Source: Polyangiaceae bacterium
GTDB lineage: Bacteria; Myxococcota_A; Polyangia; Polyangiales; Polyangiaceae
Direction of reading: 5' to 3'
Length of the DNA: 64,000 bases
Assembly: GCA_033763455.1 (NCBI GenBank)
Contig: JANRKO010000047.1
Span: 1-64,000 of the forward strand
Under the pieces are notes generated by a model. That model searched no databases and had not been told where the DNA came from. It saw only the letters and a list, made by a program, of their open reading frames with translations. The position numbers and the translations under genes are program-made. This document shows, piece after piece, positions 18,109 through 27,790 of the stretch (positions are counted from its first letter, which is position 1; each line of letters opens with the position of its first letter).

Positions 18109-19278
18109 CTACACGACTTCTTCGCGAGCGCCCGCGCCCGCCTGCGTTACGAACACGTCCGGCACTTTGCCAAACTCAGCTCGGTAAGCTTCCCTGAGGG
18201 AACCCGTAACCGCTTCGAGCGTGTCCTTTTCGACAAGATTCACGGTGCAACCACCAAAGCCACCACCCGTCATCCTTGCGCCCAAAACGCCCGCTTGCTC
18301 GCGCGCCTTGGCCACCAAAAAATCGAGCTCCTTGCAGCTCACCGCATAATCATCGCGCAAAGAAGCGTGCGATTCGAACATCAATTGACCAAACGTGCGA
18401 AGATCCCCGCCTTCAAGCGCCTTCACAGCGCGAAGGGTGCGATCATCCTCGGAGATAACGTGTCGGCACCGGGCTCGTGTGAGCTCTGGCAGCACGCCCG
18501 CATGCTCGTTGAACTGGGCCAAGGTCACGTCGCGAAGGGCGCGAATCCCAGGCAATTTAGCTCCCAAGAGCTTCACCCCTGCTTCGCACTCCGCTCGGCG
18601 CAGGTTGTACTCCGAGGAAGCCAATTCATGGTGAACGAGCGTATTGATGATCACCACAGCGGCGTCTTTGAGCACTATGGGTACGGGCTTGGCTTCGAGG
18701 CTTCGACAATCGATGAGCAACGCATGCCCCTCTTGCCCGAGCGACGAAATGAATTGATCCATGATCCCGCACATCGTGCCCACGTATTGGTGCTCTGCCG
18801 TTTGCCCAGCCAGCGCTAGCTGAATGCGATCGGGAGCCGCATCCGACGAAAGCTTGGCCAGCGTGAACGCGACCGACACTTCTAACGCGGCGGACGACGA
18901 AAGCCCCGCCCCGAGCGGCACCGTGCTCGTCAGCGTGAGGTCCGCACCGCGCAACGAGAAGCCGCGCCCCATTAGGGCCACGGCCGTACCCTCCACGTAA
19001 TCCAACCAGCTCCCTCGCCGCTTGGGCCCTGGGTTATCCAAGTCAAATTCGCGAGACTCCCCAAGATCCAACGCGGTAACCCGCACGCGCCTATCCGTAC
19101 GTACCGCCGCGGCCACGTACGTCCGGTGCTCAAGCGCCATCGGCAGCACGAAGCCGTCATTGTAATCGGTGTGTTCGCCGATCAAGTTAACGCGCCCGGG
19201 TGCCGAAAACACACGGGGCTCACGCTGATATTCATTCCTAAATGCCTGGATCAGAGGCTTCAAATCGGCGGCTGGCAT
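18109..19278 (-). CDS. galK: Galactokinase
   Basis: APGRVNLIGEHTDYNDG, GAGLSSSAA, CGIMDQ, GARMTGGGFGGC. Confidence 0.95.
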   Translation of the reverse strand: MPAADLKPLIQAFRNEYQREPRVFSAPGRVNLIGEHTDYNDGFVLPMALEHRTYVAAAVRTDRRVRVTALDLGESREFDLDNPGPKRRGSWLDYVEGTAVALMGRGFSLRGADLTLTSTVPLGAGLSSSAALEVSVAFTLAKLSSDAAPDRIQLALAGQTAEHQYVGTMCGIMDQFISSLGQEGHALLIDCRSLEAKPVPIVLKDAAVVIINTLVHHELASSEYNLRRAECEAGVKLLGAKLPGIRALRDVTLAQFNEHAGVLPELTRARCRHVISEDDRTLRAVKALEGGDLRTFGQLMFESHASLRDDYAVSCKELDFLVAKAREQAGVLGARMTGGGFGGCTVNLVEKDTLEAVTGSLREAYRAEFGKVPDVFVTQAGAGAREEVV

Positions 19279-19506
19279 GGCCCGCTTGTAGCAGCGTGGC
19301 CGGGAAAACGTCCACCTGGCAGAGGCTCGTGCGAGGCTCTTGTGTGGATGGTTCGCGTGTCGGCTCAGGTGTACGGATGCCGGCGCTCCAAGTGACCGAT
19401 CTGCACGCGGGTGCATACGGAAACCATCGAGCACCAGGGAGCCCCTCTCGGCGCACAACAGGTACTTGTTATGCTAAGTACCTCGCGCGCAGAAAAACAC
19501 CCCTCA

Positions 19507-19608
19507 CCCGAGACGCAGACGCGCAGAAGGTTCACCCGCGTGCCGGGTCCCAGAACGCCACCATGTTGGGGACTCACCCCGAGACGCAGACGCGCAGAAG
19601 GTTCACCC
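19507..19608 (+). repeat. Two identical 31-bp direct repeats
   Basis: cccgagacgcagacgcgcagaaggttcaccc at 19507 and 19578, 40-bp spacer. Confidence 0.85.
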
Positions 19609-19684
19609 TCTGCGCGTGGATCCAACGCGCATCTGGGAGGTTCGCGCTATGCGACTTTAAGCGGTTGCTGGCGGATGTTCGTGC

Positions 19685-19942
19685 TTATGCAGCTGTTTCA
19701 GCGGAAGCAGGGCGCCACGCCAACGCACCGCGATAGAAGGAGCGCAGCGTATTTCGACCACAGAACGGACATAGCCACCCAACGTCGAAATATTCGTCCT
19801 CGCTATTGAGGGCGTTCACAGGCGCTCCGAGTGTTTGGCCTCTGACAACCGCACGCCCCGCGGACGCCAGGCCCCCAACATCCACGTCCGCCAAAAGCCT
19901 TGCTTGGCACTCACAAACCGAACGAATCGTTGCCAATTTCAT
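19685..19942 (-). CDS. Small Cys-containing hypothetical protein
   Basis: CEC...WLCPFCGRN, 85 aa. Confidence 0.55.
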   Translation of the reverse strand: MKLATIRSVCECQARLLADVDVGGLASAGRAVVRGQTLGAPVNALNSEDEYFDVGWLCPFCGRNTLRSFYRGALAWRPASAETAA

Positions 19943-20085
19943 GCTGACTCAAGGCTTACCGGCGTTCCCGTCCTCGGGTCAAGCACCGACAGAATCCAGG
20001 CGCCCGGCTCTGTGCCCATCCCAGCACCCAGTCGAAAAACCCCCTGGTGCAAACCAATTTCCTGACTATGCTCAGCTCGTCCTCT

Positions 20086-20158
20086 GCGGGAGTAGCTCAG
20101 TTGGTAGAGCACAAGCTTCCCATGCTTGGGGTCGTGGGTTCGAATCCCATTTCCCGCT
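20086..20158 (+). tRNA. tRNA-Gly(CCC), integration target
   Basis: Cloverleaf GCGGGAG/TTCCCGC, anticodon arm caagc-ttCCCat-gcttg, GTTCGAATC T-loop, U73 discriminator. Confidence 0.95.
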
Positions 20159-21428
20159 CAGAATGATTCCGAATAGTTAACTCAGTTTCAGAACCCAGCA
20201 CGGCCCGATTTCTTGCACGGGCCGTGCTTAAAAGCTGGGGCTGGGCAGCAAGGGGCAATTCCTTTGCCGTTCCCGTGTCCCGTAGGTAACGATCATGCGC
20301 TTCGTGGGTGGAGTGCCCGGTGAGCTCCATCGCGGTCTGTGAGTTGGTTCCGGAGCGCGCCAGGGCCTGAGCGTACATCCGGCGCCAGCTGTGGAAGTCC
20401 ACGGGGAAGTAATCCTCGCTCCCTTCGAGCAAGTCCCGCTCACGGCTGGTGAGTTTCCGCACGGGTTTAAATGTACTGGTGGCCGGGTCCCAAACATCGA
20501 CACCGAAGGCCCTTCGGAGGTCCCGCCGAAGGTGCCGGGCGTGGCTGTAGGGCTTGCGCCCTTCCCCTGCCCGCTTGCCCTTTCGAACGGGGAAAACCAA
20601 CCCATCCTTGGGGCTCTCGTGGAGCTCCCACCAATCTTTGAGGATCGGCCGGAGCATCTCAGGGATGGCCAGTTTCTGTGCCTTTCCCGTCTTGAGCCGT
20701 GGCGCCCGGCCTTCAACGAAGTTCCCGGCGTCCAGGTTTTCCCATCGGATGGCGTGAAGGTCTTGGGTGCGAAGGCCACCGAACAGGCGCGCAATGCATG
20801 CCATTGTTTGCCGCTCCAACACCGGCATGCGGTATTGAGGCAACGGGTGCTCCCAACCAAGATAGATGTTCAGCTCTTCATCGGTGAGAACGGCGCGCTC
20901 TCGCGTATCGATCTTGGCCTCCTCTGGGATATCAAGCAGATCCATCAGCTGGGGGATTCGTGGATCTTCTTTCCGAAGCCGCTTCCAGACTGAACCGATA
21001 TCGCCGCGAATGTGGACGCACATTTGTCGGCTCAGCTTGAGCTTGGCTGCCGCGTCCAAGACGTCTTGAAGCTCCCCAACCCCGATACGGTTGATAGGTT
21101 CGGCTCCAATGTGCGGGAACACGTACTTCTCAAGCCGCTTGAGCCGGGCCCCTTTCGTCTTGATAAGGCGTTTTTCAACGGCACGGCGTGCCGCTTCCTC
21201 GAATGTCTCCGAAGTTCGCTCAGCGATCGCCTTCACCTTTTCGGGTGAGTCGGTTTCCCGGAGCATTCGGGCCAGCTTTGCCCGTGCGGCGGCCTTGTGG
21301 ATGGTATTGAGGTTGTAGGCCTTCTGCACAGATTCGCCGCTGACGTAGATGGTTAGGCGTGCGCGCCATCCTGACTTGGCCCAGTAGAGTGAGCCGGTGC
21401 GCGGCCGTCCGCGTGATTCAGTTGCCAT
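20097..21428 (-). CDS. int: Tyrosine recombinase/integrase (integrated-state allele reads through att into the tRNA)
   Basis: Catalytic motifs GLRTQD, RLKTG, FHSWRR, LTGHS, DRYL. Confidence 0.9.
   Translation of the reverse strand: MATESRGRPRTGSLYWAKSGWRARLTIYVSGESVQKAYNLNTIHKAAARAKLARMLRETDSPEKVKAIAERTSETFEEAARRAVEKRLIKTKGARLKRLEKYVFPHIGAEPINRIGVGELQDVLDAAAKLKLSRQMCVHIRGDIGSVWKRLRKEDPRIPQLMDLLDIPEEAKIDTRERAVLTDEELNIYLGWEHPLPQYRMPVLERQTMACIARLFGGLRTQDLHAIRWENLDAGNFVEGRAPRLKTGKAQKLAIPEMLRPILKDWWELHESPKDGLVFPVRKGKRAGEGRKPYSHARHLRRDLRRAFGVDVWDPATSTFKPVRKLTSRERDLLEGSEDYFPVDFHSWRRMYAQALARSGTNSQTAMELTGHSTHEAHDRYLRDTGTAKELPLAAQPQLLSTARARNRAVLGSETELTIRNHSEREMGFEPTTPSMGSLCSTN
20114..20162 (+). repeat. 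attL core (49 bp)
   Basis: Identical to 37922..37970. Confidence 0.95.
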
Positions 21429-22278
21429 GTGACTGTCTCCTTGAACGCCGATCGCGCTTCCGCTGGTTCTTACTCTTGCTTAACCCTGTCCCCTGAAAGA
21501 CCCGCGTGGCATGCGAGAGCGCCGCCGCGTCCCCCATTTTCATTCGGGTATCTTGGATCGCCCTGAAGCCCTGTCGGTCGCTTTCGTCGGACGGGAGTTC
21601 GGCAGCATCGAAGACCATTTCACCGTTCGCCCACCGCTCCGCCGCGTTAGGCTCTGTGAGCGCGACGTGCAGCGCGTTTGCGAGCTCAAAAACACGCCCA
21701 TCTCTAAATGCTTTCGTTAAGCCGTCGCTCTGCCCTTTGTTGGTTGCCTCACCCAACCCCAGGATAATTGGATTCACGGGAATGGCGTCGAGCGCCAGAG
21801 TGTCAAAGAACTTGCCACAAGCTGCCCGGCTGAGCGAGGCGTAAGACCTACATGTTAAAGGGCGTTCGTCATACACGGTACATGTCCCGCTTTCCTCATG
21901 CAACAAGGGGCATGGGAGGCGTGCGGTAGCTCGTTCCGTAGCTCGCAGCCCACGAAAACGCAGAGCCGCTTGAGCTACTTTTTCACGCATCCTGAGGAAC
22001 TGGGAATCCGGGAGCGACTCCTTGAGGTACCAGGCAATGAGAATAGCCTCGGAGGCGAGAACCTCCGTTTTCATGTGACAGCAGTAGGAGCACCCCTTGT
22101 GGCACTCCGGAACGCCGTGGGCGTTGATTGTCTCACCGTATATCGTGAACCGGCGCTGGATACGCTCGTGAGCGCCCATCGCAATCCTTAGTGGACTCTC
22201 CGCGTTCGCGTTCTCCAATTCCTGGGCGACGTAAGGAAGCTCCTCGCGATACGCGCCCAGCATAAGATCATCAAGCAT
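21418..22278 (-). CDS. YkgJ/CxxCxxCC-family cysteine cluster protein
   Basis: CHKGCSYCC...CPLL...CTVYDERPLTCR. Confidence 0.85.
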   Translation of the reverse strand: MLDDLMLGAYREELPYVAQELENANAESPLRIAMGAHERIQRRFTIYGETINAHGVPECHKGCSYCCHMKTEVLASEAILIAWYLKESLPDSQFLRMREKVAQAALRFRGLRATERATARLPCPLLHEESGTCTVYDERPLTCRSYASLSRAACGKFFDTLALDAIPVNPIILGLGEATNKGQSDGLTKAFRDGRVFELANALHVALTEPNAAERWANGEMVFDAAELPSDESDRQGFRAIQDTRMKMGDAAALSHATRVFQGTGLSKSKNQRKRDRRSRRQSHGN

Positions 22279-22516
22279 TGTTCCTACTCCCTTCGAGCTT
22301 CCCGAGCTTCATTGCGATCGCCAAAATAAGCTGGGCGAGCCGCAATAAACCTGCATAGACGCTGGCTTGCGTTTGCGCCCGCGAGTTCGGGTCAACGCTC
22401 ACTACCTCTTTGTTCGCATGGCGACGCATCTCGATACCGATGGTTTGGACCTCGTGGCAGGCATCGGCTATCTGCATCGCGAGGTTCTGCCTGGGTGAAC
22501 CTGTAAAGGCGTTCAT
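22271..22516 (-). CDS. Hypothetical protein
   Basis: Overlaps both neighbours, GGGAGG RBS. Confidence 0.6.
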   Translation of the reverse strand: MNAFTGSPRQNLAMQIADACHEVQTIGIEMRRHANKEVVSVDPNSRAQTQASVYAGLLRLAQLILAIAMKLGKLEGSRNNA

Positions 22517-22902
22517 AGCGGCACCCTCCCGCCGAAGCGTGGATCGCCGCCACACTTGGGATCAGTGACCGAGGGAAGAAGGCCCCCAAAGCTGGTGTAT
22601 CCAAAGTCACCACGCGCGCGCATTCGTGCTATATCGATGGGCCTCCCAAAGCTATGCGGTCGATAATCGCTGAGCTGAACCACACGGCTTTCCAGTGCCT
22701 TGGCTTCGCGAAGCTGGCATCGATGGCTGGTGACACCGATGGTGAGACCTCGGAGGAGCGACACGGTAACGCAATCGATGCTTTGGGGTGGCACCCATAG
22801 GCCGGGATTGTCGAGCTCCCTTTTTGTTTTGCAGGTGAGGATCTTCTCAAGTTCGCGCCTGGCTTCCTCGTAGCCCGGGAGGTCCCTTAGCTGGCGGCTC
22901 AT
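22513..22902 (-). CDS. Hypothetical protein
   Basis: ATGA overlaps on both sides. Confidence 0.55.
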   Translation of the reverse strand: MSRQLRDLPGYEEARRELEKILTCKTKRELDNPGLWVPPQSIDCVTVSLLRGLTIGVTSHRCQLREAKALESRVVQLSDYRPHSFGRPIDIARMRARGDFGYTSFGGLLPSVTDPKCGGDPRFGGRVPL

Positions 22903-23117
22903 TGGGGCACCTCTACAAGCTGAACGTCTTCGCGGCCGTCGAGCGCATCGTGCGCGGACACGAGCTCCACCGATAAGTCTAGGAGCTTCTCCAAGAGGTC
23001 ACGCTTATTCGTTTCGATGCTCTGCATGTGCGCCATCGAAATGGCGTCCAAGAGCATCTTGCGGCACACGTCCAAGTAATGAAAGGTGGAGCCGATCGCG
23101 TCATCGCTCATATTCAT
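22899..23117 (-). CDS. Hypothetical protein
   Basis: ATGA overlaps on both sides. Confidence 0.6.
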   Translation of the reverse strand: MNMSDDAIGSTFHYLDVCRKMLLDAISMAHMQSIETNKRDLLEKLLDLSVELVSAHDALDGREDVQLVEVPQ

Positions 23118-23395
23118 TGCGCACCGCCCTTCGGCGCGAAGTCCCCGCGCAAGATGTCAACGAAGGTGAACGCCTCGTAGGCCCCCTTGCAGGCCGCTTC
23201 GAGAGCCTCGTGGAACTCGGAGTCGTCCCCGTTCGCGAGCCCCATGACGTCGGAAAGGCTCGCTCTGAGGCGAGTGAGCGACTCGTGCGCCCCCTCCAAG
23301 TTGTCGATGTGGTGTCGCCAGCGCTCGTGGAGCTCTGCGGGTGCTTCGGCTGGCGGTGTGGGGTGCTTTTTTGCTGTGTTTTGTGTAGGATTCAT
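23114..23395 (-). CDS. Hypothetical protein
   Basis: Helical ORF ending KGGAQ, coupled to the next gene. Confidence 0.6.
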   Translation of the reverse strand: MNPTQNTAKKHPTPPAEAPAELHERWRHHIDNLEGAHESLTRLRASLSDVMGLANGDDSEFHEALEAACKGAYEAFTFVDILRGDFAPKGGAQ

Positions 23396-23470
23396 TTCGC
23401 TTAGTTCCTTCTTCGGAGGAGCTAGGCCATGTGGCTCGGCTGCTAGTAACAGCGCGGGCCACACTCATGG

Positions 23471-23665
23471 CTAGCGGGTTGTTTTGGGTTTGGTTGTCTT
23501 GGGCTTTACCTTGGGCTGAAGCCCGTTGGCTTGGGAGTACTGCCGAAGCACGTAGCGCAGCGCATCGGCGCGGGTCACTAGACCCATCTTCTGCTTCACG
23601 GCATCAAGAATAGCGAGGTCGTCGCTACCAAGCCGGAAAGCTGTTTGAATTAGTAAATCTTTCAC
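23471..23665 (-). CDS. Ribbon-helix-helix (CopG-like) regulator
   Basis: TAFRL..DDLAILDAVKQKMGLVTRADALRYVL. Confidence 0.65.
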   Translation of the reverse strand: MKDLLIQTAFRLGSDDLAILDAVKQKMGLVTRADALRYVLRQYSQANGLQPKVKPKTTKPKTTR

Positions 23666-23795
23666 GTTCAGTATGTATAACGGTCGGTTGACTCTTTCGG
23701 CAACCAAATTCAACCCAACCCCCTCACTTTTCCGTAAGCTCGCGAGATCATTCCATATTCCACACCCCGCACGGTTCTACCACTTCGGACAACGC

Positions 23796-24152
23796 CTAGA
23801 GGGTGACTACCTCGGTAGTTATCTTGCGTACGTGGGTACACGGGGATAGGCGCGGTTTGGAGCTCAGGAGGCCGTAACCGGCTCCGCTTCGTTCCCGCCG
23901 CTGGAACGCTCCAAAGCTCGCTAAAGCACCTCCGGAGCCAGCGTCCTTCACTACGTCTGGCGCGCGGGTTACGGCGCGTAGGCGTTCTGCCTTGGCGTGC
24001 GGGATAGGTTGCCCCTCATCATGAGGGCTAACCTCCTTGGGCTTGCTGTGCTGGTTCTTTCCAGCTGGGTTTGGCGTGGTTGCCGCCTCCGGCACGGTCT
24101 CAATCTGCAGGACTCTTTCAATCTCGTCCGCCGGCTTCCCGCGCTTGGCCAT
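23796..24152 (-). CDS. Hypothetical protein, possibly truncated
   Basis: ORF with GKNQHSK motif. The C-terminal part is unconvincing. Confidence 0.35.
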   Translation of the reverse strand: MAKRGKPADEIERVLQIETVPEAATTPNPAGKNQHSKPKEVSPHDEGQPIPHAKAERLRAVTRAPDVVKDAGSGGALASFGAFQRRERSGAGYGLLSSKPRLSPCTHVRKITTEVVTL

Positions 24153-24460
24153 GCCGGCAACGAGGAAGGGGCGCGCCAGAGAAGCTAACAGCTGCCACCC
24201 AGCGGGCAGGTAGCAGGCCGAAAACACGCTGAATTCGACGGGCCCGAAGATGGCATTTCGGGTGCTCTGGCAGTGTGTTTCGGGCAGGAATCATGCTGTT
24301 TGGTCGACGGACTCGGTTTCTCTAGAGCTGCTCCACACGGTCGAAAGGCTGGCTTTCGTGAGTTTTGCATGCTAGTGCACGTCCCGCTGCACTAGGCGGG
24401 AATCGTCCAGTTTCGTTGCTCCGCGGGCACTAATCCTGCCCCCGGCGGACCGCGATATTC

Positions 24461-24910
24461 TCAACCGGTGCGGGAAATTGGAGCGGGTTCGAGCGTCTCA
24501 ACCGTGTTCGGCTTGTCGCCTTTGAGTAGGCCGGCGATGGCTACTTGGGCCATCCGTGTGACGGGCATCTTGCCGGTCTCCCACCGCGAAACCGTCTCGG
24601 GTTCAACGCCAAGCTCTCGCGCCAGATCGGCCTGTGTCAGTCGGAGAGCCTTGCGAGCGTACTTCAGAGCTCCGCCGTCAATATTCTGAGCATCGCAGAA
24701 CACCACAAGGGCGGCGCCCAGCTCGGACTCTGAAAGCTGTTTCTGTGTGAGCTCATAGTAACCGCAAGCCGCGCATGTGGGCACGCGCAAGCGACCGTTG
24801 TCGTTCACCTTCGAAGCTCCCACCATGATGGTTTGCTTCAGACTTCGCTGGCTAAGGGGCCCACCACATTCGGGGCACTTTCTAGCTTTAGACTTGGTTC
24901 CCGTCGTCAT
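24461..24910 (-). CDS. MqsA/YgiT-type zinc-finger plus HTH antitoxin
   Basis: CPEC..CAAC plus XRE HTH, AGGAG RBS. Confidence 0.85.
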   Translation of the reverse strand: MTTGTKSKARKCPECGGPLSQRSLKQTIMVGASKVNDNGRLRVPTCAACGYYELTQKQLSESELGAALVVFCDAQNIDGGALKYARKALRLTQADLARELGVEPETVSRWETGKMPVTRMAQVAIAGLLKGDKPNTVETLEPAPISRTG

Positions 24911-24923
24911 GCTCCTGCCTTTC

Positions 24924-25208
24924 CTAGAACACGGTGCAGATCCAAACCGTTGCCCCGTCCACGGCGATACCGAGCGAAAGATCGTCCCCGTCGAAGTCCC
25001 TTCCGCCTGAGAGTTTCCAGTTCTCTTCCTTGGCGCGCCACGTTGCGCGGGTGCAACTCAGCACCGCGAGTTCCACATCCACGTCCGAAACGTTGCGCTG
25101 CGCCATTCGGAGATGGGCATGCCGACGATAGCGGAGCTGCCTCAGGCCGGCGGCCCGCTTGGCCAGCTCTAGGACCTCGGAGCTCGGAAGGGGCTGTTTG
25201 CTCGGCAC
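24924..25208 (-). CDS. DUF4258-type toxin (RelE/MqsR-like partner)
   Basis: RHAHLRMAQRNVS..DV...W.L.G.D.DG..L...I.V.....ICTVF, located upstream of the antitoxin. Confidence 0.75.
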   Translation of the reverse strand: MPSKQPLPSSEVLELAKRAAGLRQLRYRRHAHLRMAQRNVSDVDVELAVLSCTRATWRAKEENWKLSGGRDFDGDDLSLGIAVDGATVWICTVF

Positions 25209-25218
25209 TCACGAGCAG

Positions 25219-25248
25219 TGTCTACGGCCGGCTTGATGTTTGATCAAG
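25219..25248 (-). promoter_or_regulatory. TA promoter/operator
   Basis: cttgat-N5-atcaag palindrome, identical to 1540-1569. Confidence 0.55.
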
Positions 25249-25359
25249 TCCCCCACGTCTGTTCAGCGGCAAAAGTGCCCCGTGGCGGACTGGGGGGGAA
25301 GTCTGGGCCACGGGGCAGGGGTTGTGTAGGACGCCTTCACGAGGGACGCAAGCTAGGGC

Positions 25360-25596
25360 TCAAAGCCGCTCCCTTGGCACGCCGGCCGCCAGGCAGGCAG
25401 CCCGGGCCGCATTCGCCGCCAGCGCAATCTCAACCTTCAGGAGCTGGGGCACCCGAGGGTCGCGGGCAGTCTCATGTTCACGCACGGAGGCGCGATCGTA
25501 GGCGTCAAGGAGCTCTAGCTGCTCCGGCGTGAGGCTTTCCCGACGGCGCTCCTCTGCCTCGTTGAAGATGGCGCTGATGCGTTGGCCGGGCGTCAC
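25360..25596 (-). CDS. Small helical protein, paralog of 27791..28057
   Basis: LTPEQLELL...AAGVPRERL, GTGA overlap with the tape-measure-like gene stop. Confidence 0.6.
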   Translation of the reverse strand: MTPGQRISAIFNEAEERRRESLTPEQLELLDAYDRASVREHETARDPRVPQLLKVEIALAANAARAACLAAGVPRERL

Positions 25597-27779
25597 GGTT
25601 TCACCGGGCTAGGCTTGTTCCCGCGGTTCGGCGCCGTTGCGCTGGTGTTTCCCGATATCTTCTCCAGGGAGGTCACGGCTTGCTTTAGCAACGCGTTCGC
25701 CTCGGTAGCCGCTCGGATTTGCTCGGCACGCCCCGCCTCACGTTCGGATTGTGTGATCGCGCCAGTCACACTAGGCCCGCCGCCGGTAACGAAACCACCG
25801 ATCGCCTGTTGGATCACAGACGCTACGCCACCCGTCACGCCACCACCGGTTAACCCGCCCGTGATGGTGTTGCCGGTCATGCCCTTAAGGAAGGTGCTCA
25901 GAAACTCTTGGCGGTCTCGTGGGGCCGAACCCGCGGCAGCGTCGCCTTGGGCGATGATAGCTTGGAGCTCCTTTTTTCGGGCGTCCGAAAGCCCACCGCG
26001 GGCTAGCTCGCCACGTGCGCCGGTCATTGTGTTGAAGTTTTCGGCGCTCTGCCGGATGTTATTCTTGCTCGCGGTGCTGATGGCATCGAAGCCAAGGTCA
26101 ATGATGGCGGAACCCACAGTAAAGGCACCAGCTGCAACCGCAATCACGCCCCCAGCTTTGCCTAGTTGGGTGCTGAGGCTCTCACTTAGAACCTTGCCAA
26201 GGCTTGCCGCTGCTACGTCTTTCGCAACGGATGCGGTCATGGCGAGCATGACGCCGCGCAAGGGGTTTTGGAGTAGGTATTCGGCCAGGTTAGCGGCGCC
26301 TTCGCTCAATTTGGTCACGACGGGAATAAGCTCCACGAACTTCGGAATCATTTTCTGAATTGCGGGCAAGAGGTGCGTGCCAACTTCGATGTTGAACTTC
26401 TTCATCGCCTCTTGGAACTGCATGTCCGCGTCTCCCATGCGGGAGTCGGTTCTCGCTTTGATCGATTCGGCCGAAGTTGACGCGCCGGTAAGCTCACCGA
26501 GGCCAGCTTTAAGGGCGTCTATCCCTGTCCCCTTCTTAACGCCTTCGGCATCTTTGTAAAGCTTGGCGAGTCCTTCAAACACCTTGATTGATTCGCCACC
26601 AAAGAGGCCCGAGACCTGAGTGATGTCGCCCTTCGTCTTCTCAAGGACATCAATCATGATGGCCGAGGCATCGCGAAGCTTCGATGGATCGGTTGCGCTC
26701 TGTACCGTCACACCTCCGCCCGGTAGCGCGGCGAACTTCTTGCGATTCGTCACAATATCGGTTGAGAGGCGAGCCACAGCGGTGGCTGCTTCTTCAGGTG
26801 AAGATGCCCCGCCGCCTGCCACTGCCAACTGAGCAAGCGCGCCCATCTGCTTCATCAGGGCCGGTGCCCCACCTTCGAAACGAGAGGTTGCAGAACCGAG
26901 CTTGCCGAAGATGGTGGCAAGGTTATTCATCTCAACGGCGCCCATGCTGCCTTGCTGGGCCAACGTGCCCATGATGTCTTTGAGCTGCTTCATGCGCTCC
27001 GCCGGGTCTTTGATTTGACCCTTGAGCACGTTGAAGACTTGGCCGGCGGTCGCTCCTAGGTCGCCTAAGTCGGTGTCGGTAGCCAGAGCGAGATCGCCCA
27101 AACTACCAATCAGTTCGCGAGCTGTTTTCAGGTCGCCCGTCTTGGTGACGAAGGCCGACATCCCTTCAAGCGCTTGCGAGCCGGTGAAACCACGAACGCC
27201 ACGCGCGTCGGCTAGGATCTGTTTTTTCTCACCCGGGACCTGGGCTTGGTTGGCGAGCTTGGAGGCCCTCGCCTCCTCTGACATCTGGTTCTCAATGGCG
27301 CCCGCCACCGCGAACCCGCCACCTATGCCCAGGGCGGCACCAGCGAGCCTTCCGACGCCGCCGATACTGTTAGTGACAGAACGGCCAATGGCGCGCCCTG
27401 TGCGGACCTGGGAAGCCTGTGCGGCCTTTGCGGCCCGCTTGGCTTCGCGCTCTTGGGCAGCCGCGATGCGTTTGGCTGAGCTGATAGCCTGACGCTCGGT
27501 CCGCTGAATTGTTTGTAATTCCATCCGTTCGCGGGTGGCCTGAGCCCGCGCTACGATCGCCGCAACCTTTCCTTCGGCGCGAATGCGAGCCAAGGCGAGC
27601 TTGTCGACGCCAGCGGCTGCAGAAGTAGAGGCGGCCCCGGCTGACGGTGTGCGCGCACCCTGCCCAAGCGTCTTAGCTACGCGCTGATTGTGGACCACCA
27701 CGCGCCGCTCGATACCCGCTAGGGCTCGCTCGACCACGGCTGCGTTCGTTACACGAAAATCCCATTCAAGTGTTGCCAT
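25593..27779 (-). CDS. Phage tail tape-measure-like protein
   Basis: 728 aa, Ala/Gly-rich helical, TP901-type core pattern (..LALAT.TDL.DLG..A...L..LAQQG..GAVEM.NLA..FGKL). Confidence 0.7.
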   Translation of the reverse strand: MATLEWDFRVTNAAVVERALAGIERRVVVHNQRVAKTLGQGARTPSAGAASTSAAAGVDKLALARIRAEGKVAAIVARAQATRERMELQTIQRTERQAISSAKRIAAAQEREAKRAAKAAQASQVRTGRAIGRSVTNSIGGVGRLAGAALGIGGGFAVAGAIENQMSEEARASKLANQAQVPGEKKQILADARGVRGFTGSQALEGMSAFVTKTGDLKTARELIGSLGDLALATDTDLGDLGATAGQVFNVLKGQIKDPAERMKQLKDIMGTLAQQGSMGAVEMNNLATIFGKLGSATSRFEGGAPALMKQMGALAQLAVAGGGASSPEEAATAVARLSTDIVTNRKKFAALPGGGVTVQSATDPSKLRDASAIMIDVLEKTKGDITQVSGLFGGESIKVFEGLAKLYKDAEGVKKGTGIDALKAGLGELTGASTSAESIKARTDSRMGDADMQFQEAMKKFNIEVGTHLLPAIQKMIPKFVELIPVVTKLSEGAANLAEYLLQNPLRGVMLAMTASVAKDVAAASLGKVLSESLSTQLGKAGGVIAVAAGAFTVGSAIIDLGFDAISTASKNNIRQSAENFNTMTGARGELARGGLSDARKKELQAIIAQGDAAAGSAPRDRQEFLSTFLKGMTGNTITGGLTGGGVTGGVASVIQQAIGGFVTGGGPSVTGAITQSEREAGRAEQIRAATEANALLKQAVTSLEKISGNTSATAPNRGNKPSPVKP

Positions 27780-27790
27780 GGTAGTTTCCC

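Noticed and set aside
19507..19608. CRISPR array
   Set aside because: Only two repeats, no leader and no cas genes in the window.
25582..26358. 258-aa plus-strand ORF
   Set aside because: Antisense shadow of the tape-measure-like gene.
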